This document shows, in pieces, positions 53,701-62,924 of a stretch of DNA of 64,000 nt. Below the pieces are notes generated by a model. The model saw only the letters and a program-made list of their open reading frames with translations. It did no database searches and was not told the DNA's origin. Position 1 is the first letter of the stretch; the number at the start of each line of letters is the position of its first letter. The stretch spans positions 124,001 to 188,000 of the forward strand of contig CDRNVI010000060.1 in assembly GCA_977017575.1 (NCBI GenBank), in the 5' to 3' direction. The stretch is from Paramoeba atlantica. Taxonomy: Eukaryota > Protista > Discosea. Position numbers and translations under genes: made by a program.

Positions 53701-56191
53701 CGTCGAGTGGTCTCGGAGAGGAAGCGGAAGTGGGGGGGTTAAGTTCGGGGTGTTCTTGCTCTTGTCCTGCGTTGGGGCTCCCCTCAGAGTCTCCTTCGAT
53801 TCCCTGATCGAGGGATGGTCCATAGATTTTGCAGCATGGATGGCTGCATTTGAGTTTACTTATGCATCGATGTTGGCATGGGTGCGTCCGCTTCAAGGAG
53901 GAGGCGTGGTCACGCGAAATAATCTCGTATGGTGGAAGTGTTGGGACCATTTGGGGCTTTGATGGCTGTACTTCTTCTTTGTCGTCGGTGCGAAGGAGCA
54001 GAACGATCCGAAACGCCGATAACCCAGGGACCGCTCTCCCGTTCAGTACCTTATTTACCGCTTTACCCATTGAGCTAGGTGATGCGTAGTGGTTGTATAA
54101 TTCCAGGCGGCTGTCGTGAAAAAGAGATACCCAGTTCGCGTGGCGAGAAATGTGACTTGTTGAGTCTACTCTACTAACTTCTAAAAAGTCACACGCTCTC
54201 TTTTCCATAAGTTCGTCTACGGTACACGTTTCTACGACGATGTCGTGTGCTGCACTTTTCCCATTGAGCGCTTTGGACAGGGCGGCTTCAGCCCCCTGGG
54301 GGGAAGGGATACGACTACGCACAAGTTGGCTTACGCATGCTGCATGCACATCCGGGAAATATCTCCATGTGTTGTCGTTGACGAGGCGGAGTTTGACAGG
54401 TTTTGACCGGGACTGGATAAAGTGGAAACGTTGCTTGTGTCGGTTATGGGTTACGGGATGCGTGGGGTCCTGGGGCGGCGGGAGATACTGTGACGGGCTG
54501 TCGGGAGTTTGTGTGGGAATCTGGGGACCCTCGGATTCATCCGAATGTAAATGGGCGTCCAGTTGTGATGGGGGTAAGAGGCTTCCTTGTTCAAGCGGCG
54601 GGCTTTGTATTCGACCTACGCTGTGCGCTTGTTGGAAAACCCAGGATGGGACTTCGTCATCGCCATTCTCATTCCGCGGACTGTGTTGGTGTGCTGGGGA
54701 AGATGAGTCCAAGAGAATGATACTTTCCGGTGCCTTGTTTTTGGGAGTCGGGATGGCTGGTTCCCTGGCAACGGCACGGTCAGCTGTCGTAGTGGTTGTG
54801 TTTAGGGACGGTGTGACGAGATTCTTGGGAAGGGTACATGGGCCGGTGGGTAGAGTATCCTGCCCATCCAGTTTGCTTATCGGTGTGTCAAGCGAAGTCA
54901 ACGGTGTGCCAGTGCGTTTGCAGCAAGGATGGCCGCACCCTGCCTTGTTCTTACATTTATGCTTACAGGGCTCGACACGGTCTGCTTGTTCGGAGGCGGG
55001 GCCTAGGCCTTGCTTGCAACACACGTGCTTACATTGATCTTTACTCTTGCAGATATGCTTGCATACTCTAGTTAAGGCGTGGACCTGAAGTTGTGTTGGA
55101 GATTTAGGTTTGGGGAGGCTTTGGGAGTCCGGAGTTTGACATGGAACGCCTTTGAAAAGTAGGAATTTGGCAAGCGAGCAGGCAGTTGATGCGACGGCAC
55201 GACCGACGGTAACAGTGGGTGATTTTTGATGGGGAGCAACCTCCTTGGGTGGGGGTACATGTAAATCGTGTTCGTCTTTTGGACAGGGTGCTATTGTGTA
55301 CGACAAGCGTTCCTGTCCGGTGCTGCTGTGAGGTCGTACGGTTACCGCCGGGGTTGAGGGAGTGCCGTTAGCGTACGGTTGAGTGCGGCTTGAAAACAGA
55401 TATCGTGTTGCAGCTCGCGCTGCCATGCCAAGTAGGTTGCTTGATTTCGGTACTTTCACATCCTGTGTTACGTGGTCACGGGTGCATGGCGGTGACGTTT
55501 CGTCCCTTTGTCGCGTACTTGGAGCTTCTTTGGGCCCGGATTCTTGACCGCTCGCCGTAGTGCTCGTGAGTTCGTATGTTGTTGGTGTAAGATTACGTTT
55601 GCAACATGGGTGCCCGCAGGTCTGTTTGTTTTTACAGACATGCTTACAGGGTGTGCTACGTTGTACCGGCATTACACTCACAGCCGTGATCACCTTTACG
55701 TCTTCTCTTGCATCCACCGGTGCGTCACTTCTCTTATTGTTGTACGTATCCGGTTTTACTACGCGTACCAGGTGTCGTTTGCAGCATGGGTGTTCACAGT
55801 GAGCTTTGTCCTTGCAGCGGTGTTTGCATTCCGGAACGGTTTGTTGTGTGGTGGGGGGGACGCGGTGAGGGGGAAGTTCGTTTGTGTGAGGAGTGACCAG
55901 GATATGTGGCCGCGTTACACCCCTCTTGCAACAGGGGTGTCCGCAGGTGCTTTTGTCCTTACAAGGATGTTTGCATGGAGCTGGGGGTGCTTCTCCTGTG
56001 TCGCTGGTAAGGGACTCATTGCTCTTTTGGGATATGAGAGCCTGGACGGTTCGGGTAGCAGATTTTGCAACCCTGTCTGTGGGAGTGCCTTTCAGGGACA
56101 GGTTTTTGTTTTGGTTAGACACGTCGCGTGGTCTCTTAGGAGAGTCCTGCGACGCCTGGTGTGTGCCCTTCCCTGGTAGTAAGCAAAACAT
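50741..56191 (-). CDS. Retrotransposon polyprotein: six Cys/His modules, NUMOD1-like segment, reverse transcriptase, CCHC knuckle, restriction-like endonuclease
   Basis: RT motifs NWRPIGL, QKGFLPAINGTLEH, LDLSNAFGSVP, GVLQGDTLSP, YADDL; CRICKQEPETLRHLLSSC; RHD; RPDG...IVELTMPWE...RKVEKY...EVGARG. Confidence 0.95.
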   Translation of the reverse strand: MFCLLPGKGTHQASQDSPKRPRDVSNQNKNLSLKGTPTDRVAKSATRTVQALISQKSNESLTSDTGEAPPAPCKHPCKDKSTCGHPCCKRGVTRPHILVTPHTNELPPHRVPPTTQQTVPECKHRCKDKAHCEHPCCKRHLVRVVKPDTYNNKRSDAPVDAREDVKVITAVSVMPVQRSTPCKHVCKNKQTCGHPCCKRNLTPTTYELTSTTASGQESGPKEAPSTRQRDETSPPCTRDHVTQDVKVPKSSNLLGMAARAATRYLFSSRTQPYANGTPSTPAVTVRPHSSTGQERLSYTIAPCPKDEHDLHVPPPKEVAPHQKSPTVTVGRAVASTACSLAKFLLFKGVPCQTPDSQSLPKPKSPTQLQVHALTRVCKHICKSKDQCKHVCCKQGLGPASEQADRVEPCKHKCKNKAGCGHPCCKRTGTPLTSLDTPISKLDGQDTLPTGPCTLPKNLVTPSLNTTTTTADRAVAREPAIPTPKNKAPESIILLDSSSPAHQHSPRNENGDDEVPSWVFQQAHSVGRIQSPPLEQGSLLPPSQLDAHLHSDESEGPQIPTQTPDSPSQYLPPPQDPTHPVTHNRHKQRFHFIQSRSKPVKLRLVNDNTWRYFPDVHAACVSQLVRSRIPSPQGAEAALSKALNGKSAAHDIVVETCTVDELMEKRACDFLEVSRVDSTSHISRHANWVSLFHDSRLELYNHYASPSSMGKAVNKVLNGRAVPGLSAFRIVLLLRTDDKEEVQPSKPQMVPTLPPYEIISRDHASSLKRTHPCQHRCISKLKCSHPCCKIYGPSLDQGIEGDSEGSPNAGQEQEHPELNPPTSASSPRPLDETEYLFRTARYIQGGKLNINLADAHWHEVERRALHRCNTLLTVSGDALSAVHNAELLSAILAVSAYEVARDVDSRKGFIIRTARGHIKGKVRPLESEKVAFSFSRHVKQLQMKLRYTHGKAPRMALKQKIKETKKAERIYSAEAMAQKQELESRWALQQFNRNPWTAASQTLDKRTEAESVPAYPTCNVQKVESVFTTLLTDPTTVHHLPPHDVLGNRPLAEMTWDELASIDISNALTSKKNSSAPGQDSITYQTLKRCHSSHTHMANVFNALVRFSTCPTSWKISVTRLIYKKGEPDNPQNWRPIGLTSVLGKLLHSIISRKMTKFLLEASVIDPKIQKGFLPAINGTLEHTQSLSELLRHYRKNKWNYCMAQLDLSNAFGSVPRNIIFEALEWARISPNIIKYVQCLYTDASTRIKCYEGLSSAIPAKRGVLQGDTLSPTLFLVIMELALRYMAKSFPSFGLNLPGFPKSFLKAYADDLTVLTNSEKEMQLAVETLSTVLGSLGLSINVKKCRVQCMASKKNDEHPGYMTRRPQIFIKNEAIPHICDEGSTFLGMNIAPGSQQSRALFTKVRPLLKRWLHNIDQSAHDLPSKIWIHQHAIISRLRFTFTIHPCITLNFILRLQKMCTHSLKRWINAARTTCSEAIYSQRGWNICSLSRLWEDCTADLLCQMKRSRDPNVTAALQERIRAEEHKRRKGQIRPACDITHILDDRDLAKRTLLELNEDRMINALRRRSTFAIQWWDIASEEEQAKDFSAAINGLRSTSLSRFATSLMVQNTLPTRTMLRTWGIHGTDTVQCRICKQEPETLRHLLSSCKVSLEQGRYTYRHDCVLSTFANAILSSPHTAEAHFDLPHLRQLPAWWSDLETQLRPDGIVKLNDGTEFIVELTMPWEENVHEAHCRKVEKYINILHRRKIRYSDCHLICFEVGARGLPSTTLRHINRLFLGDKALSDKCRVEVIRTAIRSSFQLWLKRESPLWDNQSFG

Positions 56192-56219
56192 GTCGTTGTA
56201 AAGGGTAGGGAAAAGAAAA

Positions 56220-56237
56220 CAACAAGGTACAGAAACT
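56220..56237 (-). other. Relict spliced-leader exon (3' 18 nt) at the 5' end of the intact retrotransposon
   Basis: Minus strand AGTTTCTGTACCTTGTTG, preceded by aaaga, 28 nt upstream of the ATG. Confidence 0.82.
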
Positions 56238-56243
56238 TTCTTT

Positions 56244-56744
56244 CAACCTCAATGGAGGAGGCAGTGAGGTCAAGTCAAGCATACCTGAAAATCTTGTACC
56301 AGATGAAAAAAGCTGTTCAACGAATTGTGGGAGGGAAGGGGCATCGAAGGATCCTTATAAGGGGTTGTATTGTATGTTTAAAGAACTCAGTTTCGGGGGA
56401 AATGCGGAAACTGGAAGAGTTCCGCTAAGTTTATTATTTCCCACACGAACAGTACACGTTGTGTGGGGTAGATACTCCCATGAGAGATTACCCTTCAGTG
56501 CCCTGGACGACCAATCAATATTGAGCACTTCATCATTGGAATTACAAGCGACACCCGCCCACAAACATGCTTCTGTTTCCTTCCTCGTAATCAGTAACTT
56601 CGTCTCGAGATTCTCAATGAATTTTGCCATTTGCATGTCATGTGAGAGGATGGCTCCTCGCACTTTCCCTAGACGTGTATTCGTGCGAGTATTGGTCAAA
56701 TCCGCCAATGAAGCACTTCTGAGGATTAGTAATGAGATTGACAT
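56244..56744 (-). pseudogene. 5' part of the LRR gene disrupted by the intact retrotransposon
   Basis: RLGKVRGAIL motif, ACLWAGVACN cap, LRRs; after a stop and frameshift it reads FSGMLDLTSLPPPLRL up to the junction. Confidence 0.85.
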
Positions 56745-57531
56745 TAAATAATGGTAATAGAGTACACACAGTTATTAGTATGACAATATGTCGTAAAACA
56801 AAAATTAGTAAATTTTTAATTACTCGTAGTAAAACACGTTGAAAAATTCATGTTTTACACCTTACATTCTTTTCTTTTCGGAGTTCTACTTTTTTTACTA
56901 AAAAGTTTCAGATTACTACATGTCGCACTACATCGGAGAATATTGCTCAGCCATCTGATAAGTTCTTCGTCTAACTAAGAGTTTTCTCACGGAAGACGAA
57001 GAAGTTCGGTTGTTGAAAACGTTTTTGCTGATTCGACAAACTGGCGTTGCTGTCGACGCAGCTCGCGTAGCAAACATTGCGAAAGGTATCAGAAAACAGC
57101 GACAAGCGGGACACACAGTGCTGAAAGGTGGCATGCTGAAGTTTTCGATTTCCTGGGCAAATTCTTGGATGCACCGCAATGCCAGTATGGTGCGACGGGC
57201 AACTACAACTCGAACTGTAACACCTATTGAAGTCGCGCAGACAGCCAATGTATTTTTTTCTCATCTACAGTGCGGGGCTTATTACGGGACGGGTTAAAGC
57301 ACAGCGGTGCGCAGGCATATTCCCCCCTTCCTGGGGATTGGGTTTCAAAATGGTATGTGAGTGTTTACTTTAATACTTTTCATAGGAAAAACTGTCGATT
57401 ATTTCTTAATCCGATATCTTTCTCTAGTGTGGAGAAACCACGAAATGCAATTTACCAACGACGGTTGACTGGATGCTTTCCATTTCTTGATATATTCCAC
57501 TTCTTCGTTTTGATCGATATTAGACTTTCGG

Positions 57532-57750
57532 TACTTTTTCTGCTTAGTTCATCCTTTCTTGCCCACGCAACGAGCGTACCGTTATCAAAATTTCATGCCC
57601 AGTATTCATGCCCTTTCCCTGCCGGTACTAAGACTGGAACTGTCCCCTTTTCTTGCTGAAGCGGTAGACGCCTCTCGATCCCTTGACCCCTCCCAGCCAC
57701 TCCCGTGGAGTGAGTGCTTCCCTCCCAGCTTCTTTCTTGTCCACGTTTAC
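57532..57750 (+). mobile_element. Diverged 5' fragment of the SL-SINE family retaining its splice acceptor and lacking an SL
   Basis: tactttttctgcttAG-ttcatcctttct...gccggtactaagactggaactgtcc...gtggagtgagtgcttccctc matches 4734-4975 and 41909-42010. Confidence 0.65.
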
Positions 57751-58321
57751 CTTTGTCTAGGCATTATGCTGGGCGTTATGGCAACAAGTTATTTCTGTGT
57801 ACTATACTCCTACATTGTCCTTGGATACACTACTAGTGTTGTAGCTCTAATGCTAGTTTAGTTGTAGCTCTAATAGGCAAATTTGCCACGGGAACAACGA
57901 AGCCACCTCAAATAAGAGGTTTCAGAGGGGTGACTCCTGCCCCCAAGGGGGGACAGGGTTTAAGAGGGACGCCCCCGGGCGCTCCCCTTAAACTTCTACG
58001 GAGCTCCGACTTGGTGAAATCATTTTCGCAAAGAGATCCGGAATCCTCAATGTCCCTTGGATGGAACATGCTGGGCTAACATGACAAAGAGTTAGAAAGG
58101 GAGACCGGCGTTGGGCTGTCGTCGGTGATGGGGCGAGGCAACCCCAGCCTTCCGAAGTAAGGACTTCGAGCTAGCTGCAGGGATTCCTGTTCCTGTTTAA
58201 CATCTTTTGGCGGGGTCGTTAACCACATTCCGGGGGGTATAAGACGGCGTGGTAAGCAGGGGTCCAAAAAACTTTTAAAGTTTTATTTATAGCAAAAAAA
58301 AGAAATATTTTTATCACATAC

Positions 58322-58655
58322 CCGTTTAACATACCTATACCTTGGATAACATACCGGGGGGGTATATTATTCTGGCCCGCGACACCTAATATACTCCCCC
58401 TCGTCCCACACATTTTCTTATGTAACGGTGCAAAAGTCCAACCGTAAGATCACGTACCTTTTTAAAAAAAATGTTTCTATGCATTTTTAGATGCATTTTG
58501 ATACGTTCTAGCATTTGGTACTACGCGCGGTACATCTGTAGATACAGGTTCTAACAGTGGAAGGGTTTTTCTTCTCTTAGCTATTGCATTACCAGTCTAC
58601 TTGACATACTTATACCTTGATAACATACCTATACCTTGATAACATACCGGGGGGT
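58322..58655 (+). repeat. Direct repeats of ATACCTTG(G)ATAACATACCGGGGGG
   Basis: One unit at about 58330-58362 and a tandem pair at about 58605-58654. Confidence 0.65.
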
Positions 58656-60297
58656 GGTGTGTTAAATGGGTATGTGGTTTAGTACTATACATTGATGCTA
58701 TAAGTAATTCAAAAACTTCGAAAACTATAAATGGTGAAAAACAAATTTCGCGCCGCTTCGCGGGGCGTGTTTCTATCATGAGTTATATACGCGGGGTACC
58801 TTTCGGGGCTGCTTTTTATATACTATCCCCCCTAGCAATCCGCTTTCTGCATTTGGGCTTGCTCCCCCTTCTTCCTCTACGGTCCTCCAAAGTCGATATC
58901 AAAAGCGATGTCCCATTCTTCTGACACGGGTCGTTGCATGTATAAGAATGATTTATGTGGCGCGATAGTGTCTGAGGTACATGAATGGGTTGGAACCGCG
59001 GCCATTCCAAAAGCCAAAGTTTCGGATGTGTTCCGCGTGAAGTTAGAAGAAGTTTTTATCAGGGTCGTCAAGGTACCTGCGATAAAGACAGCAAAGAAGT
59101 CCTGGAAAACAGACTTGGACTGATGTACAGTACAGTACAGTATGCAGACTCGCCGTACAGATCGGTGAAGGTCAGTGTGGATCAGAGATCTCTAGAGATT
59201 GATGAAGATAATTCTCGAACGCCCCAAAGGGACCACCTGCAGACTCTCCCTTTCAACAGTGGCGAAAATCTGTACAAAAATTAGTATCAAAAAAAAAGCT
59301 TTGCGGCGTTGTTATTCTGAACGATGCGTCAAAATTGCGCTTAAGTGGCCGGGTCAAACGGTCGCGCATAAGTGGGGGGGACAGTAAATAGGCAACCATT
59401 TTCGGTCTGCGGACTGGTACTTCGCTCGTCAGGTGGTCTATGGCAGGGAATGATCAAAGGTCAAGAGGGTTATGTGAGACATTTTTTCAAAAACCTATCT
59501 TCTTTGCTGTGGATGCGACACCAAAACGGGTTGCAGCTTGGCAAATATCCGTTGCACGTCCGAATATTATAAAGACGTTAGAATACGCAATATGGTAAGA
59601 TCACGGAATTGACGTCGCTGAGCGTTGGCCTTAGAACTGGAAGTAAATAACTCAATGGATTTTAAGCCAACTTTAGTTAATATTGCATTCAGAGCTTTCA
59701 GATAGCGAGGTTTCCTCTCAACTGCGTCGCGAGGGTGTTGCTGATATTTGTAGCCCATCTGGAGTACACGGGGACGAAACATGTGGTCTCCAACGAGCAT
59801 ACAGCACATAGCTGTTATAATAATTATTAATAGAGCGCTTGGATAATTAAGAATTATCACAACCTACGCGGACAGTGCGGGGTAGGGAATGGTAGGAGTG
59901 GGTGGTGGAAAGTGGGGGCGGTGGGGCGTGGGTGGGATGTGAGATCAAGAGGTGTGTGTGTGTGCGTGTGTATGTGTGTGAGGATTTGGGGGTCGTCGGT
60001 GATGGGGCGCGTTGTATGTGTGTGCGGTGGTAAGTGGTAGTATCATCTGAGCAGCAGATCATCTGACGAGTGCCGCTTTTAATTTTCAATGTGCAACATA
60101 TGCCCGAATTCACGTTCGGAATGGGTTTCGGAAAAATGAATTTTATTCAGCGCTAAACAACTAATGCGGAGATGCTTGTACTTTTTTGGAAATTGATGTC
60201 TTTTCACACATAACCAGAATACTGGATTGGCCGGATCCCGCACAAACCACCACTCCATCAAGACCTCACTATCCATACTTTTCGGCATTAGGATGTA

Positions 60298-60476
60298 CTG
60301 TCCCCCCCTGTTTAAGCGCACCTTGTTTTCCGTGAAAGGTGCGCTTAAACGGGGGGTCTGAATCACTACATGAAAAAAAAATGGCGCCCCTTCGCGGCAC
60401 CGGGCTCGTCCCTTCAACTTTATGTGCGCTTAAACGGGGGGGTCTGACCGAGTGCGACTAAGGGGAGGGGGGACAG
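60298..60476. mobile_element. Small MITE-like element with CTGTCCCCCC ends
   Basis: TA|CTGTCCCCCCCTGTTTAAGCGCAC...GGGGGGACAG; internal gtgcgcttaaacgggggg twice; the right flank is TC rather than TA; a similar end occurs at about 59375-59388. Confidence 0.5.
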
Positions 60477-60506
60477 TCCTTTAATAATTATTAATAATTA
60501 TTAATA

Positions 60507-61035
60507 CCGGGTGTTACTTAATCACGGAATTTCTTAATTACGGTTAACGGTTAAATTTTCGTCGATTTTAACCTTAAATCGGTTAACCGTAATTAGGGAG
60601 TAACCGTAAATAGGGAAAATCGGTTATGCGTTGCCCACAACGAATTTCAACATCAATGAAACGATAACAATCAACCATCAAGATCGTGCATCTTATACCC
60701 ACTAGATTCAAAAGTGCGCTGTCGCTTTCTTCTAGTGGTATCCGCATCATCGTTGCGTTCCCCGTAGCCAAATCTAAGCTAGAATGTTTCCAAGCCCCTC
60801 GTAATGCAATTATCTGATACTATGTAGCAACGTGGTGGCGCATTCCACATTGCACGAGGAATGCCAGTCGCTCTATTCCTCGCCCAGGAGGCTTTCTGCT
60901 TCCTGATATTCTAGTCACAGGGCGCAAAAAAATATTTTGTTCGGAAAATAAAAATGTCAGTTTTAATCTTAAATAGATTAACCGTAATTAGGTAAAAACA
61001 GTAATTAAGGGCAACCGTAATTAAGTAACGCCCGG
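60507..61035. mobile_element. TA-flanked MITE with subterminal AACCGTAATTA repeats
   Basis: TA|CCGGGTGTTACTTAATCACGG...CCGTAATTAAGTAACGCCCGG|TA, inserted in an (AAT)-rich tract. Confidence 0.8.
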
Positions 61036-61689
61036 TAATTCTTTAATAATAATTATTATCGGAAGAAAAAATTATTAATAATTTTACAGCTATGATACAG
61101 CAAACGGCTTCGAGCGCTTCATAAGTCGATACTTGATAATACCTATTTTTCATGTCTGCGTGAAGAAATCTTATTCGAGAGGTTGCTCAGTTACCTAACG
61201 AAATTCGAGAGCGAATTAAATTTGTTAGAAGTGAAGAGCAAACCCGATAGGAAGAATAAGGAGAAGTAAAAGGGAATGATGAGCAGTAGAAGAATTACAA
61301 TATTGAGAAATACATTATTGAAGTTGGTAATATTTAGGGCTATTTTTGTGATATCAAGTATAGAAAAAGCATTTCACTGTGTATGGCTTCCCTTGTTTAC
61401 GTTTTGAATACATTGTCATATCTTTCAACACCATAACTTAGTTAAGAACCACAATATTCGTACTCAGAAGACGAAGCGGGTAATCAATTACATGCTGCGG
61501 AAGTTCTGACATCTTTACTTCAGCACATAACGCTTCGTTATATCTTATTTATTTATATTTTATGCAGGGCAAAACCTGCAGAGCGATCGTCCGACTGAAT
61601 TGGCGTGATGGTACATGTACTTCTTTAAAAAATAGAGGTCCATTTTTTATGTTAGGTATGTATTGTATTCATACATTGATTTTAGAATG

Positions 61690-62230
61690 TTCGGCTTATT
61701 TCCTAAAGCTTCTGATTTTCTTGTCTGCGTTACATCATTTTTACAACACACTTGTATGAGTAAATCTGGTGGAAGTGAATCCCCTAAAAAGCCTGTGTGG
61801 TACCCAACAAAAATTTCTGAAAAGTAAAGAGAAAGTGAAAAAAACAGAAATTGAACTCAAAATGGTGTGCACCCCCTAGGCCCACCTGAAGCCTACTCCC
61901 TAACACCGCGACGGTACCAATCATGTACCACCTGTACCAATCTTGTAACTCGAAAAGGCGAAAAAGGAATTCGAATCCGAGTATACGGATCTCAACTCCA
62001 TTTTTCATACATTGATGGATTGTTTGATTTATTTATTTATTCCACAAAGCTTCTCATTTTCTTGTGTACGTTTTTTACAACGCATGAGTAAATCTGAAGG
62101 AGGTGAATCCTCCCAAAAAGCTATGTGGCCCTCAGCAAAATTTCTAGAAAGTAAAGAGAAAGTCAAGAACACAGAAATTGAGTCCAAAAGTGCGAAAAAG
62201 GAGTTGGAGTCGAGTACACAGATCTTGACC
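61690..62230 (+). repeat. Diverged tandem duplication with a period of about 327 bp
   Basis: atgagtaaatctg...aaagtaaagagaaagt...acagaaattga at 61757 and 62084, with homologous upstream sequence. Confidence 0.7.
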
Positions 62231-62924
62231 CCTTTTCGATCACGGCAAAAAGTATTTCAATAGAGGTGAACACGGAGAGCCTTGAAACATTTTTTGTGTC
62301 CTTCGTAAAGATAGTGAAAATGATGAGTCAGTCTAACAGTTCAACGCCCGAAATGCTATGGTGGTTTTGGTCTTCTGTCTGCCTCTGCACATCATTGTGG
62401 CCTGAAAGTAGGAAAAGGACAACGTAGGTAGGGGGAAGAAAGTCGGTAGCGAAAAGTCTTAAGGGGAAAGTAAGTGAGGGGAAAAAGGATAAGCAGCAAG
62501 TAGGAAATCAGAGCGTTGTTGAGAAACAGTTGTTCAAAAATTAAGCTTTTCAGACGTGCTTAAAACTTTAAACGTGCTGATGCCGCTTGATGCGCGTTCA
62601 TCTAAAGGGAGAGAGCAAAAAACGGAAGAAACGGGATTAAAATTGGTACCGTTTCAAAGGATTAGTTTTTTACTGGGTAAATAGAATGGGAAAATTGCCT
62701 CTTCGCGGCAGAATGCATTCTCTTCTAAAGCAACGCTAATAGGACGAGCAACGCTGGGATAGGGGGAATAGCATGTATGTGGAGATTGACAATTATAAGT
62801 GCTTTTGGTATCATTAAGAAAAACGTGTAAACGACGTATAAAGGGGGGTCATATAGTATTACGGGAACTTCACAGTAATAATTGAGTACACTTTTTCGTT
62901 TGTGTGGAAGGAAAATTGGCTTAA

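Larger units (their letters stand above)
50660..56243 (-). mobile_element. Full-length RLE-type (HERO/NeSL-like) non-LTR retrotransposon, about 5.6 kb
   Basis: SL relic, 28-nt 5' UTR, single 1816-aa ORF, about 80-nt 3' UTR with a stem-loop at 50664-50688; LRR gene halves on both sides. Confidence 0.92.

Noticed and set aside
4709-56237. SL RNA (mini-exon) genes
   Set aside because: None of the four SL matches is followed by the GT donor (TTC, TAC, CTT, TTT), and none is in a tandem array.
56192-56243. HDV-like 5' ribozyme as in R2 or L1Tc
   Set aside because: The 5' UTRs of both long elements are only 27-28 nt and pyrimidine-rich; no nested double pseudoknot could be drawn.
56928-57248. Rpp21/Rpr2-like zinc finger (VCPACRCFLIP)
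   Set aside because: Only one CxxC pair is present, the start is non-ATG, and the second pair and N-terminal helices are not evident.
57521-57540. Degenerate SL relic (actttcggtacttttt)
   Set aside because: Alignment with 41909 shows the tactttttc part is the element's own polypyrimidine tract, not SL.
58876-60417. Short ORFs 58908, 59567 and 60079 as genes
   Set aside because: Fragmentary, without recognisable motifs and embedded among MITE ends; possibly decayed transposase, but unsupported.
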